64,000 nucleotides of DNA from Candidatus Limnocylindrales bacterium. GTDB taxonomy: Bacteria; Chloroflexota; Limnocylindria; Limnocylindrales; CSP1-4. A program made the translations under genes and the position numbers. How positions within the stretch are numbered: position 1 is the stretch's first letter; each line of letters opens with the position of its first letter. Below the pieces are notes generated by a model. It did no database searches. It was not told the DNA's origin and saw only the letters and a program-made list of their open reading frames with translations. This document shows, piece by piece, positions 7,327 through 17,345 of this stretch. Location: contig DATGGQ010000029.1 in NCBI GenBank assembly GCA_035308445.1, positions 33,244 through 97,243 of the forward strand. Direction: 5' to 3'.

Positions 7327-10300
7327 ATGTTCCGTCCCGTACCCTCGCGCCCGGATCTCGTCGCGATGGAGCACGAGGTCCTCGCCACCTGGCACGAGCG
7401 GCGGACGTTCGCGAGGCTGCGGGCCCAGAACGCCGGCAACGCTCGCTGGAGCTTCCTGGACGGGCCGATCACGGCCAACAACCCGATGGGCGTCCACCAC
7501 GCCTGGGGCCGCGCCTACAAGGACCTGTTCCAGCGGTACCACGCGATGCTCGGCGAGGACCAGCGCTGGCAGAACGGCTTCGACTGCCAGGGCCTGTGGG
7601 TCGAGGTCAACGTCGAGCGGGACCTCGGCTTCACGAGCAAGCGTGACATCGAGGCCTACGGCATCGCTGAGTTCGTGAGCCTCTGCAAGCAGCGTGTCCT
7701 CGAGTTCGCGGCACGGCAGACCGAGCAGTCGATCCGGCTCGGGATGTGGATGGACTGGAACGATCCCCATGAGCTCCGCCGGCTCGGCGCCGGGCTCGCG
7801 GCGGATCCGGCCGCGACCGCGACGATCGCCGGTGTCGACGGCCCCGTGACCGACAGCGTCGAGATGCTCGTGGGTCGGCTCGGGATGCCCGAGGTCGGCG
7901 GCAGCTACTTCACGTTCAGCAACGAGAACAACGACCTGATCTGGGGCTTCCTGGCCGAATGCCACCGCCGGGGCTGGATCTACAAGGGCCACGACTCGAT
8001 GCCGTGGTGCCCCCGCTGCGGGACCGGCATCAGCCAGCACGAGATGACCGAGGGCTACCAGGATCGCGAGGACCCCGGGCTGACCGTCCGGTTCCCGCTG
8101 CTCGACCGGCCCGGCGAGGCCCTCCTCGTCTGGACGACGACGCCCTGGACCCTCGCCGCGAACGTCGCCGCGGCCGTCGGCGCGGACATCGAGTACGTCC
8201 GGATCCGGCAGGGCGACGGCACCTTCTGGCTCGCGAAGGGGACGCTCAGGCAATCGGTCCGGGGCCCGTTCGAGGTCCTGGAGTCAAGGCCTGGCCGGGA
8301 GCTGGTCGGCTGGCGCTACGCCGGCCCGTACGACACGCTGCCGGCGGTCGCCAGGGCATTCGAGGCCGGCGCCTCAGCCCTCGCCGCGGACCGGGCGTAC
8401 GAGCACCTCGTGGTGGCCTGGGACCTCGTCGGCGAGGAGGAGGGGACGGGCATCGTCCACATCGCGCCCGGGGCCGGCGCGGAGGACTTCCAGCTCGGCA
8501 AGTCCCTCGGCCTTCCGGTCATCGGCCCGATCGACGAGTCGGGCCGGTACTACGACGGGTTCGACTGGCTGACGGGGCGCGAGGCGTCCGCCGTGGCGGA
8601 GGAGATCGTCGACGACCTCGAGCGGCGCGGCTTCTTCTACCACCTCGAGCCGTATACCCACCGCTACCCGCACTGCTGGCGCTGCAACACGCCGCTGCTG
8701 TTCCGGCTCGTCGACGAGTGGTTCATCTCGATGGGCCCGGTCTACGACCGGCCGCGGGACCAGCTCACCACGGCCGAGGTCGACGCGAGCCTCCGCTACC
8801 AGATCATGGAGGTCGTCGATGGCATCCGCTGGATCCCGCCCTTCGGCTACGAGCGGGAGCTCGACTGGCTCCTGAACATGCACGACTGGATGATCAGCAA
8901 GAAGCGCTACTGGGGCCTGGCGCTGCCGATCTACGACTGCCAGGCGTGCGGCTCGTTCGACGTCATCGGCGGGCGGGAGGAGCTGCAGGGCCGGGCGATC
9001 GCCGGCTGGGCCGAGCTGGAGGGCCACACGCCGCATCGGCCCTATGTCGACGCGGTCGAGATCGCCTGCTCGTCCTGCGGCGAGCCAGTCCGCCGGATCC
9101 CGGATGTCGGTAACCCCTGGCTCGATGCGGGCATCGTCCCGTTCTCGACGCTCCACTTCCGGGAGGAGCCCGATTACTGGGCGAAGTGGTTCCCGGCCGA
9201 CTTCATCACCGAGAGCTTCCCGGGCCAGTTCCGGAACTGGTTCTACTCGATGCTGGCGATGTCGACGGTCCTGCGCCGCGAGCCGCCGTTCAGGACGATC
9301 TTCGGGTACGCCCTCGTATTCGGCGAGGACGGCCGGCAGATGCACAAGAGCTGGGGCAACGCGATCGAGTTCGACGAGGCCGCCGAGCGGATGGGCGTCG
9401 ACGTGATGCGCTGGATGTTCGCCAAGGCCCGGCCCGAGGACAACATCCTCTTCGGCTGGCACGCGGCCGACGAGGCCCGTCGCGAGCTGCTCGTCCTCTG
9501 GAACGTGTACCGGTTCTTCGTGGACCACGCGAACCTGTCCGGCTGGACGCCGAGCGATGGCATCGGCGCGGCGATCGACGCGGCCGGGGCGTGGCCGGCG
9601 CTCGACCGCTGGATCCTGTCCCGCGCCGCCGGACTGGCGGCCGACGCCGGGGAGCGCCTGGCGGACTACGACACCCTCGGGGCCACGCGACACGTCAGCG
9701 GCTTCATCGACGACCTGTCGACGTGGTACCTGCGGCGGTCCCGTGACCGGATGCGCGCAGGCGCGCCCGCTGGAGACCGGGGCGGGGCGCTCGCGACGCT
9801 TCACGCCGCGCTGCTCTCGCTCGTCCGGACGACCGCCCCGCTCCTGCCGTTCCTGAGCGACGCGATGTACCGGACCCTGGTCGAGCCGGTCGGCGACGAG
9901 CTGCCGGACAGCGTGCATCTCACCGAGTGGCCGGCGGACGTCATGCGGCCGCATCGCCAGCCCGAGCTCGAGGCGGCGATGGTCACGGTGCGCCGGGCCG
10001 TCGAGCTCGGGCGGACCCTCCGGTCGTCGGCCGGCATCCGCGTCCGCCAGCCGATCGCCCGGCTCTGGCTGTCGATCCCCGGCGGCTCGCTGCCGGACCA
10101 GGCCGCGCTGCTCGAGCTGCTCGCGGACGAGCTCAACGTCAGGCAGGTCGAGGTCATCGGCGACGAATCCGAGCTCGTCGAGCGGCGGGTGAAGCCGCTG
10201 CTGCCCAAGCTCGGGAAGCGGCTCGGCGCCGCGATCCCGGCCGTGATGGCGGCGGCGCGGGCCGGCGAGGCGACCTTCCGCGCCGACGGATCGGTCGAGC

Positions 10301-10698
10301 TCGCGGGCCAGGTCCTGGCTGCAGACGAGGTGGAGGTCCAGGCCACCCCGCGGCCGGGCACGGCCGTCGCGTCGGATGAAGGCCTGGTCGTCGTTATCGA
10401 CACGCAGCTGACCCCGGACCTCCTGGCCGAGGGCGACGCGCGAGAGATCCAACGAGCCGTCCAGGACCTCCGCCGGGACGCCGGCCTCGAGCTCGACGAC
10501 CGGATCGAGCTCTGGGTCTCGGGCCTCTCGCCGGCGGTCGCAGCCCACATGCCCTCGATCGCAGCCGAGGTCCTCGCCGATCGGGTCAGCCCGGACGTCG
10601 CGCCGACGGGCGACGGTGTCTTCCGGGGCTCGGTCGAGCTCACGGAGGGTCCGGCCAGCATCGCGTTTCGCCGGGTCACCGAGGCCGGTCGGGCATGA
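7327..10698 (+). CDS. ileS: Isoleucyl-tRNA synthetase (type 2, eukaryote/actinobacterial-like)
   Basis: 1123 aa; class I HIGH-region context (NNPMGVHHAWGR), KMSKS-like MHKSWGN, editing domain. Confidence 0.95.
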   Translation: MFRPVPSRPDLVAMEHEVLATWHERRTFARLRAQNAGNARWSFLDGPITANNPMGVHHAWGRAYKDLFQRYHAMLGEDQRWQNGFDCQGLWVEVNVERDLGFTSKRDIEAYGIAEFVSLCKQRVLEFAARQTEQSIRLGMWMDWNDPHELRRLGAGLAADPAATATIAGVDGPVTDSVEMLVGRLGMPEVGGSYFTFSNENNDLIWGFLAECHRRGWIYKGHDSMPWCPRCGTGISQHEMTEGYQDREDPGLTVRFPLLDRPGEALLVWTTTPWTLAANVAAAVGADIEYVRIRQGDGTFWLAKGTLRQSVRGPFEVLESRPGRELVGWRYAGPYDTLPAVARAFEAGASALAADRAYEHLVVAWDLVGEEEGTGIVHIAPGAGAEDFQLGKSLGLPVIGPIDESGRYYDGFDWLTGREASAVAEEIVDDLERRGFFYHLEPYTHRYPHCWRCNTPLLFRLVDEWFISMGPVYDRPRDQLTTAEVDASLRYQIMEVVDGIRWIPPFGYERELDWLLNMHDWMISKKRYWGLALPIYDCQACGSFDVIGGREELQGRAIAGWAELEGHTPHRPYVDAVEIACSSCGEPVRRIPDVGNPWLDAGIVPFSTLHFREEPDYWAKWFPADFITESFPGQFRNWFYSMLAMSTVLRREPPFRTIFGYALVFGEDGRQMHKSWGNAIEFDEAAERMGVDVMRWMFAKARPEDNILFGWHAADEARRELLVLWNVYRFFVDHANLSGWTPSDGIGAAIDAAGAWPALDRWILSRAAGLAADAGERLADYDTLGATRHVSGFIDDLSTWYLRRSRDRMRAGAPAGDRGGALATLHAALLSLVRTTAPLLPFLSDAMYRTLVEPVGDELPDSVHLTEWPADVMRPHRQPELEAAMVTVRRAVELGRTLRSSAGIRVRQPIARLWLSIPGGSLPDQAALLELLADELNVRQVEVIGDESELVERRVKPLLPKLGKRLGAAIPAVMAAARAGEATFRADGSVELAGQVLAADEVEVQATPRPGTAVASDEGLVVVIDTQLTPDLLAEGDAREIQRAVQDLRRDAGLELDDRIELWVSGLSPAVAAHMPSIAAEVLADRVSPDVAPTGDGVFRGSVELTEGPASIAFRRVTEAGRA

Positions 10699-11180
10699 CG
10701 GCCGGCGTGACGCGGCGTCCGCTCTGGGCCGCGTTCGCCGGGATTGCGATGGCGGTCATCGTGGCCGACCAGCTCACGAAGGCCTGGCTGACGTCGTCCC
10801 TCGCGCCGGGCCAGTCGGCCTCCGTCGTCGACGACCTCCTGCGACTCGTCTACTCCGAGAACGCCGGCGGCCTGTTCGGGCTGCTCCAGGGTCAGGCGGC
10901 CGCGTTCGCCGCGTTGTCGATCGGCGTCATGGCGCTCATCGTCCTGTGGCATGCGCGGTCGGGCCGGAGCCGCTACATCACGGTGACGCTCGGCCTGCTG
11001 CTCGGCGGGGCGATCGGCAACCTGCTCGACCGGGTCCGCTACGGCTACGTGGTCGACTTCGTCGATGCCGGGATCGGGACCGTGCGCTGGTACACGTTCA
11101 ACGTCGCGGACGCCTCGATCTCGCTGGCGCTCCTCCTGCTCCTCGCGGCGACGATCCGGCCGGCCCTCCTCGATGGCTGA
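10695..11180 (+). CDS. lspA: Lipoprotein signal peptidase (signal peptidase II)
   Basis: YSENAGGLFG, NLLDRV, FNVAD motifs; ATGA overlap with the ileS stop. Confidence 0.9.
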   Translation: MTAGVTRRPLWAAFAGIAMAVIVADQLTKAWLTSSLAPGQSASVVDDLLRLVYSENAGGLFGLLQGQAAAFAALSIGVMALIVLWHARSGRSRYITVTLGLLLGGAIGNLLDRVRYGYVVDFVDAGIGTVRWYTFNVADASISLALLLLLAATIRPALLDG

Positions 11181-12138
11181 CGCGGATCCGGGAGCGAGCG
11201 AGGGCCGGGTGCTGACCCTGACCGTGCCCGCGGCCGCCCGCCCGGGCCGGGCCGACCGCTTCGCGGCGGACCTGAGCGGCCTGAGTCGGAGCCACGTCCA
11301 GCGGCTCATCTCCGAGGATCGGCTCGCCGCCGGCGACCGGCCGCTGCGGGCGAACACGATCGTCGGCCCCGGCACCGTCCTCCGGCTCGAGATCCCGCCC
11401 ATCGTCGACGCTCGTCCGGCACCGCAGCCGGAGATCCCGGTCGACGTCGTGTACGAGGACGGCGACATCCTCATCGTCGACAAGCCCGCCGGGCTCGTCG
11501 TCCACCCGGCCCCCGGTCACGCGGCCGGCACGTTGGTGAATGCGCTGCTGGGTCGCGCTGGCCCGGAGGCGTTCGGTGGCATCGCCGGGGTCCGCCGCCC
11601 GGGCATCGTCCATCGCCTCGACCGGGACACGAGCGGCCTCCTGATGGTCGCCCGCCACGATGCCGCGCAGGCGTCGCTGATGGCCCAGCTGAAGGGGCGC
11701 CGCGTCAAGAAGACCTACCTGGCGCTGGTCCAGGGCGACGTCGCAGCCGCGGTCGGGCGGATCGAGGCGCCGATCGGGCGCGATCCGAGGCATCGCACCC
11801 GGATGGCGGTCGTCGAGGATGGCCGCCCGGCCACCACCGGCTACCGGGTCCGGGAACGCCTCGGCGGCTGGACGCTCCTCGAGCTCGACCTCGTGACGGG
11901 CCGGACCCACCAGATCCGGGTCCATCTCGCCGCGATCGGTCACCCCGTCGCGGGCGACCCCCTGTATGGCACCGGGACGTCCCGGCGCGGCCCCGACGGG
12001 CTCGAGCGGCCCTTCCTGCACTCCTGGCGGCTCGAGCTGACGTCGCCGTCGAGCGGTCGCCTGATCCGGGCCGAGGCGCCGCTGCCGGATGAGCTCGAGC
12101 GGGTCCTGCTGAGCCTGCGCGAGGCCGCCCCGCGATGA
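11173..12138 (+). CDS. rluD: RluA-family 23S rRNA pseudouridine synthase (RluD-like) with an S4 domain
   Basis: S4-like N-terminus, catalytic HRLDRDTSGLL, QIRVHL; start ATG 11173 overlapping the lspA stop. Confidence 0.85.
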   Translation: MADADPGASEGRVLTLTVPAAARPGRADRFAADLSGLSRSHVQRLISEDRLAAGDRPLRANTIVGPGTVLRLEIPPIVDARPAPQPEIPVDVVYEDGDILIVDKPAGLVVHPAPGHAAGTLVNALLGRAGPEAFGGIAGVRRPGIVHRLDRDTSGLLMVARHDAAQASLMAQLKGRRVKKTYLALVQGDVAAAVGRIEAPIGRDPRHRTRMAVVEDGRPATTGYRVRERLGGWTLLELDLVTGRTHQIRVHLAAIGHPVAGDPLYGTGTSRRGPDGLERPFLHSWRLELTSPSSGRLIRAEAPLPDELERVLLSLREAAPR

Positions 12139-12788
12139 CCGAGGCGCTTCCGCCCATGCCCCCCGCGATGGAGCCGACCGAGGCCGGCGCCCCGGGCGCG
12201 CTCCTCGTCATCGTGTCGGGGCCGTCCGGTGTCGGCAAGGACACCGTGATCGAGGCCCTCCGCCGGCGGCCCTCGGCGGCCGGCTACCACTACGTCGTCA
12301 CCTGCACGACGCGACCCCGCCGCCCGTATGAGATCGACGGGACGCACTACCACTTCCTCGACGAGGGCCGGTTCACGGCGCTCCGCGACGCCGGCGGACT
12401 CCTCGAGGCGAACGAAGTCCACGGCCACTGGTACGGGACGCCCCGAGACGAGGTCCGCGACGCGCTCGGGAACGGCGACGACGCGATCCTGAAGATCGAC
12501 GTCCAGGGCGCCGCGGTCGTGAAGCAGAAGGTCCCCGAGGCGCTGCTCGTATTCATCGTCCCGCCCTCGCTCGAGGACCTCTTCGGGCGCCTCCAGGCGC
12601 GAGCGACCGAGACGGCCGACGAGCTGGACATCCGCCAGCGCGACGCCGCCCTCGAGCTCTCGCGCCAGAAGGACTTCGACCACGTCGTGACGAACCTGAC
12701 CGGCCAGGTCGAGCGCACGGCGAAACGGATCGACGCGATCATCCGGGCCGAGAAGGCCGCCAATCCGGATCGCCGGACCCGGGTATGA
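12135..12788 (+). CDS. gmk: Guanylate kinase
   Basis: P-loop GPSGVGKDT, YHYVVTCTTRPRRPYEIDGTHYHF. Confidence 0.9.
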   Translation: MTEALPPMPPAMEPTEAGAPGALLVIVSGPSGVGKDTVIEALRRRPSAAGYHYVVTCTTRPRRPYEIDGTHYHFLDEGRFTALRDAGGLLEANEVHGHWYGTPRDEVRDALGNGDDAILKIDVQGAAVVKQKVPEALLVFIVPPSLEDLFGRLQARATETADELDIRQRDAALELSRQKDFDHVVTNLTGQVERTAKRIDAIIRAEKAANPDRRTRV

Positions 12789-15232
12789 CCGGCGGGCCCG
12801 ATCGCGTCTCGGTCGCGATCGACGCGGCGGGCGCGGCCGGCGCCCGGCCGTACACCTACCACGTGCCGCCGCGGCTCGGCCGCCTCGAGGCCGGCGAGGC
12901 CGTGCTCGTCGAGTTCGGGCGCCGGCAGGCCGTGGGGATCGTGCTCGGACCTGCGCCGGAGCCGGAAGCCGGCGTCGAGACGAAGCCGGTCGCCGACCGG
13001 ATCCGGGCCGACGGGCCGCTGCTGCCGGGCCTCGGGATGGCCTTGGCGGCGTGGATCTCGGCGCACTACCTCGCGCCGCCGGCGTTGACGCTGCGGGCGA
13101 TGCTCCCGCCCGGCCTGCTGGAGCGGCTCGAGCTCGTGGCGGAGCGGCGCCCCGAGCCGCCCGGCGACGGCGGGGAATCGGGCGCCCTCGACCCCGCCGA
13201 CACCGCGCTGCTCGACGCGCTCGGAGCCGGGCCGCGGGCCGTCCGGTTGCTGTCGGCGCCCGAGGGCCGGTCGGGCCTGCTGCGCCGCCTTCGAGCCCTC
13301 GAGGCGGACGGCCGCGTGGACCTCGACTGGACGCTCCTCGCCGCCGGCGTGGGGCCGCGCTACGTCCGCCAGGTTCGATTGGCGCCGCCCGCCGCAGGCG
13401 TGGGCGCATCTCAGAGGTCTCGGCTCGGCCCGCGGCAGGTCGCTGCCCTTGCCGAGCTGGGGGACGCCGCGGATGGAGTCCCGGCGCCCGAGCTCGCGGC
13501 CCGGCATGGCGGATCGGCCGTTTCCGGCCTGGTCCGGCGCGGCCTCGTGACCGTCGAGGCCCGGGAGGTGCCGCGACGTCCGCTCGCGGGCCGCGCCCCC
13601 GGCCGCCGCGGCGCGCGACCCGTCGGGTCCGACCTCAGCGCCGAGCAGGCCGCGGCCGTCGAGGCGATTCGCAGCGCGCTGCAGGCCGCGCGGGCAGGCG
13701 ACGACGCGGCGCGGCGGCCGATTCTCCTCGATGGCGCGACCGGCGGCGGCAAGACGGCGATCTACGCCGAGGCCATCGACCACGTGCTCGGGCTCGGCCG
13801 GCGAGCCCTCGTGCTCGTCCCGGAGATCGCGCTCGCCCTGCCGCTCGTGGATCGGCTCCGCGCCGACCTCGACGTCCGGGTCGCCATCCTCCACAGCGGG
13901 CTCGGGGACGGGGAGCGGGCCGACGAGTGGCGGCGGATCCGCGCCGGCGATGCCGACGTGGTCGTCGGGACCCGGCTCGGGATCCTCGCGCCCATCGAGG
14001 ACCTCGGGCTGGTCATCGTCGACGAGGAGCACGACCCGGGCTACAAGAGCGACCGGACGCCCCGGCTGCAGGCCCGAGACACCGCGATCGAGCTCGGCCG
14101 CCTGGCCGGCGCGGCGGTGGTCCTCGGGTCGGCGACCCCCTCGGTGGAGACGGAGGGCCGCGCTCGGGATGGCTCGTACGAGCGGGTCCGACTCCGGGTG
14201 CGCCTGTCCGGTGCGCCGCCGGCGGTGACGGTCATCGACCTCCGAGCGGAGCTGGCGGCGGGCAACACCGGGATGCTGTCGCGACCGCTGGCCGAGGCCA
14301 TCGCCGCGCTCGAGCCGCCGGACCAGGCGATCCTCGTGATGAACCGCCGCGGCACGGCGTCGGTCGTGCTGTGCCGGGACTGCGGCCACGTCCAGGCGTG
14401 CCCGGAGTGCGGCCGGCCGCTCGTCTACCACCAGGCCGGCGGAACGCTGCGCTGCCACCACTGCGGCCGGGCGACGCCGATGGCGACCCGCTGCCCGAAT
14501 TGCGGCTCGGCCCGGATCCGGTTCCTCGGCGGCGGCACGGAGCGCCTCGAGCGCGAGGTGCGCGACCGGTTCCCCGGACTTCGGGTCGGTCGCCTCGATC
14601 GCGACGTCGTCGAACGCAAGGGAGCGGCCGCGCGGGTCGTCGACGCGTTCGCCGACGGGCGGCTCGACGTCCTCGTCGGGACCAGCCTCGTCACGAAGGG
14701 CCTCGACATCCCGGCCGTGACGCTCGTCGGGGTCGTCTCGGCCGACATCGCCCTGAACCTGCCCGACGAGCGGGCGTCGGAGCGGACGTACCAGCTGCTG
14801 GCCCAGGCCGTCGGCCGGGCGGGCCGTGGCGACCGGCCCGGCGTCGCGTTCATCCAGACCTATCAGCCCGATCACCCTGCGATCGTCTCGGTCGCGACCG
14901 GGGACGCCGCCGCCTTCTACGACGCCGAGCTCGCGCTCCGAAGGCGGTTCCAGTCGCCGCCGTTCGGGCGGCTCGTGAAGCTGACCGTGGCCCTGCCGGA
15001 CCGGGCGGCGGCCGAGGCGGCCGGGCGCGACCTGGTGAGCGACCTGCGGGCCCGCGGCCGCGGGGCCGTCGATGTCGCCGGCCCGGCGCCGGCGTTCATC
15101 GCCCGCCGCGCCGAGCGCTGGCGCTTCAACGTCGTCCTCCGGGGGGCGGATCCGGTGGCCACCCTCGAGCTGCCGCCCGGGCCACCCGGTGCGCCGTGGT
15201 CGATCGACGTCGATCCCGAATCGCTGCTCTGA
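12785..15232 (+). CDS. priA: Primosomal protein N' (replication restart helicase)
   Basis: Walker A DGATGGGKT, DEEHD box, Cys-rich zinc motif CRDCGH...CPECG...CHHCG...CPNCG, VGTSLVTKGLD. Confidence 0.9.
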   Translation: MTGGPDRVSVAIDAAGAAGARPYTYHVPPRLGRLEAGEAVLVEFGRRQAVGIVLGPAPEPEAGVETKPVADRIRADGPLLPGLGMALAAWISAHYLAPPALTLRAMLPPGLLERLELVAERRPEPPGDGGESGALDPADTALLDALGAGPRAVRLLSAPEGRSGLLRRLRALEADGRVDLDWTLLAAGVGPRYVRQVRLAPPAAGVGASQRSRLGPRQVAALAELGDAADGVPAPELAARHGGSAVSGLVRRGLVTVEAREVPRRPLAGRAPGRRGARPVGSDLSAEQAAAVEAIRSALQAARAGDDAARRPILLDGATGGGKTAIYAEAIDHVLGLGRRALVLVPEIALALPLVDRLRADLDVRVAILHSGLGDGERADEWRRIRAGDADVVVGTRLGILAPIEDLGLVIVDEEHDPGYKSDRTPRLQARDTAIELGRLAGAAVVLGSATPSVETEGRARDGSYERVRLRVRLSGAPPAVTVIDLRAELAAGNTGMLSRPLAEAIAALEPPDQAILVMNRRGTASVVLCRDCGHVQACPECGRPLVYHQAGGTLRCHHCGRATPMATRCPNCGSARIRFLGGGTERLEREVRDRFPGLRVGRLDRDVVERKGAAARVVDAFADGRLDVLVGTSLVTKGLDIPAVTLVGVVSADIALNLPDERASERTYQLLAQAVGRAGRGDRPGVAFIQTYQPDHPAIVSVATGDAAAFYDAELALRRRFQSPPFGRLVKLTVALPDRAAAEAAGRDLVSDLRARGRGAVDVAGPAPAFIARRAERWRFNVVLRGADPVATLELPPGPPGAPWSIDVDPESLL

Positions 15233-15290
15233 CGGATCGCCGGCCCGGTCGTACGATTCCGTCCCAACACCCGCTTCCGAGGGACTCCCC

Positions 15291-15710
15291 ATGACCGACG
15301 ACATGCAGACCGACAAGACCGAGTCCGGCTCGGCCGCCGCCGACGAGACATTCGCGTGGAGCGCCGATCCCGAGTCGAGCTCGACCGCCGGCACCCAGGC
15401 CCGCGAGTGGCTCACCCAGCTCCAGGACATGATCCAGAACCTGGCCACGCAGGCCGCGCCCGTGATCCGCGAGGTCGGCATCAAGGCCGCCGAGCTGGCC
15501 GCGGTCGCCGGCGACAAGGCCGGGCCCGTCGCCCAGCGCGCCGCCGAGCTCACCGGCCAGGCCGGGCAGAAGCTCGCCGAGCGCTCGCGCGACCTCGCCG
15601 CGGAGCTCCGCAAGGATGCCGCCGCCGCGAAGGGCGCCGACGGCTCGAACGGCGCCGGCGGAACCGACGCTGAGACGGCCGAGGACAAGCCGACCGCCGA
15701 CGTCGCCTGA
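15291..15710 (+). CDS. Hypothetical Ala/Glu-rich protein (139 aa), probably helical
   Basis: ATG preceded by GAGGGA; low complexity and no recognisable family; inserted between priA and def. Confidence 0.45.
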   Translation: MTDDMQTDKTESGSAAADETFAWSADPESSSTAGTQAREWLTQLQDMIQNLATQAAPVIREVGIKAAELAAVAGDKAGPVAQRAAELTGQAGQKLAERSRDLAAELRKDAAAAKGADGSNGAGGTDAETAEDKPTADVA

Positions 15711-15786
15711 CGCCGAGGATCGGGCCTGAACGGCCCGGAACGCATCGAACCCAGGGCACCTGGCCGGGAGGCGGGTGCCCTGCCCG

Positions 15787-15792
15787 TATACT
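15787..15792 (+). promoter_or_regulatory. Putative -10 box TATACT 9 nt upstream of the def ATG (leaderless geometry)
   Basis: CCGTATACTCCCGCCGTCATG; no SD before the ATG. Confidence 0.35.
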
Positions 15793-15801
15793 CCCGCCGT
15801 C

Positions 15802-16335
15802 ATGAGCGTCCGCCCGATCCTGACCCTCGGCGACCCACGGCTGCGCCTGAAGGGCCAGCCGGTGGACAGCTTCGGGCGGTTCCTCGGCGGGCTCCTCGAT
15901 GACCTCACCCACACGATGCGCGACGCCCCGGGCGTCGGCCTCGCCGCGCCGCAGATCGGCGAGCCGCTCGCGGCCTGCGTGATCGAGGTCGAGCACCACC
16001 TGTTCGAGCTCGTGAACCCCAGGATCGTGCGGGGCCATGGCGACGATCGAGACCTCGAGGGCTGCCTCTCGATCCCCGGCTACGCCGCCTACGTGACCCG
16101 CCGCGAGAAGGTCTGGGTCGTGGCCCAGGACCGCCGCGGGCGGAGCCTCAAGCTCGCCGGCAGCGGGCTCCTCGGACGGGCCCTCCAGCACGAGCTCGAC
16201 CACCTCGACGGCAAGCTCTACATCGACTATCTCGAGTCGATGGACGAGCTCATCTCGGTCACCCCGGTGACCGACGATGACGACGAGGACGACGTCGAGG
16301 ACGAGGCACGGGTCCGAGCCCCGGCGCTGGCGTGA
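15802..16335 (+). CDS. def: Peptide deformylase
   Basis: Three motifs: GVGLAAPQIG, EGCLSIPG, QHELDHLDG. Acidic C-terminal tail. The alternative start at 15775 is less likely given the promoter geometry. Confidence 0.9.
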   Translation: MSVRPILTLGDPRLRLKGQPVDSFGRFLGGLLDDLTHTMRDAPGVGLAAPQIGEPLAACVIEVEHHLFELVNPRIVRGHGDDRDLEGCLSIPGYAAYVTRREKVWVVAQDRRGRSLKLAGSGLLGRALQHELDHLDGKLYIDYLESMDELISVTPVTDDDDEDDVEDEARVRAPALA

Positions 16336-17345
16336 CCGCGTCGCCGGCGGCCGACGCCGCGGCGACCGGCCCGGCCCGCACCATCTTCTTCGGCAGCGGC
16401 CCGTTCGCGGTCCCGATGCTGGCTGCCCTGCTCGAGCTGCCCGAGGTCGACGTGGTCGCGGTCGTCACCGTGCCCGACCGGCCGGCAGGACGCGGCCGGC
16501 TCCTCTCGTCGTCGCCGGTCGCCGTGGCGGCCGCGGGACGGAACCTGCGGCTCCTTCAGCCGGGGTCGATCCGGGATCCGAACGTCGCGGAGCAGCTGGC
16601 CGCGGAGCGGCCGACGCTCGGCGTCCTCGCCGACTACGGCCGGATCGTGCCGCCGGCCGTCCTCGAGATCCCGAAGCGAGGCTTCCTGAACGTCCATCCA
16701 TCGCTGCTGCCCCGGCATCGCGGCGCGTCTCCGATCCCCGCAGCCATCCTCGGCGGCGACACCGAGGCCGGGGTCACGATCATCGAGATGGATCCCGGCC
16801 TCGACACCGGGCCGATCGTCGCGTCCACGACGTTCCCGGTCCCGGCGAACGCCACCGCGCCCGAGGTCGAGCGGCGGGCTGCCGAGGTCGGGGCGGCCCT
16901 GCTCGCCCGGGTCGCGCCGGCCTGGATCCGCGGCGAGATCACGGCCCGCTCCCAGCCGGCGGACGGCGCCAGCCTGAGCCGCCCGCTCTCCCGCGAGGAC
17001 GGCCGGCTCGACGGATCCGAGGCGGCGGCCATCGCCGAGCGACGGATCCGAGCCTTCGATCCCTGGCCCGGGACCTTCATCGAGGCCGAGGTCGACGGCG
17101 GCATCGAGCGGGCTGCGATCCTCCGCGGGGCGGTCGCGGGCGGCGGGGACGGGGGTCAGGCAGGCACCCTCGTCGCGGATGGGTCGGGCCTGGCCCTCGA
17201 GACGATCGACGGTCGACTGCGGCTGCTGGACGTCAGGCCCGCGGGACGCGGGGCGATGACCGGCGCCGAGTGGCGTCGCGGCCGGCCCCAGCTGGTGGGT
17301 GCGAGCGTCGTCGCTCGACAGGCGCCCGCGGTGGCTCGGCCGTGA
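16332..17345 (+). CDS. fmt: Methionyl-tRNA formyltransferase
   Basis: IFFGSGPFAVP...LNVHPSLLPRHRGASPI formyltransferase core; GTGA-coupled to def. Confidence 0.9.
   Translation: MTASPAADAAATGPARTIFFGSGPFAVPMLAALLELPEVDVVAVVTVPDRPAGRGRLLSSSPVAVAAAGRNLRLLQPGSIRDPNVAEQLAAERPTLGVLADYGRIVPPAVLEIPKRGFLNVHPSLLPRHRGASPIPAAILGGDTEAGVTIIEMDPGLDTGPIVASTTFPVPANATAPEVERRAAEVGAALLARVAPAWIRGEITARSQPADGASLSRPLSREDGRLDGSEAAAIAERRIRAFDPWPGTFIEAEVDGGIERAAILRGAVAGGGDGGQAGTLVADGSGLALETIDGRLRLLDVRPAGRGAMTGAEWRRGRPQLVGASVVARQAPAVARP

Noticed and set aside
8374-11483. Long minus-strand ORFs (8374..10548, 9801..11483) antisense to ileS/lspA/rluD
   Set aside because: Artefacts of GC-rich antisense frames.
12347-15745. 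1132-aa minus-strand ORF antisense to gmk/priA
   Set aside because: GC-bias artefact; low-complexity R/A/G/P composition; the sense genes are strongly supported.
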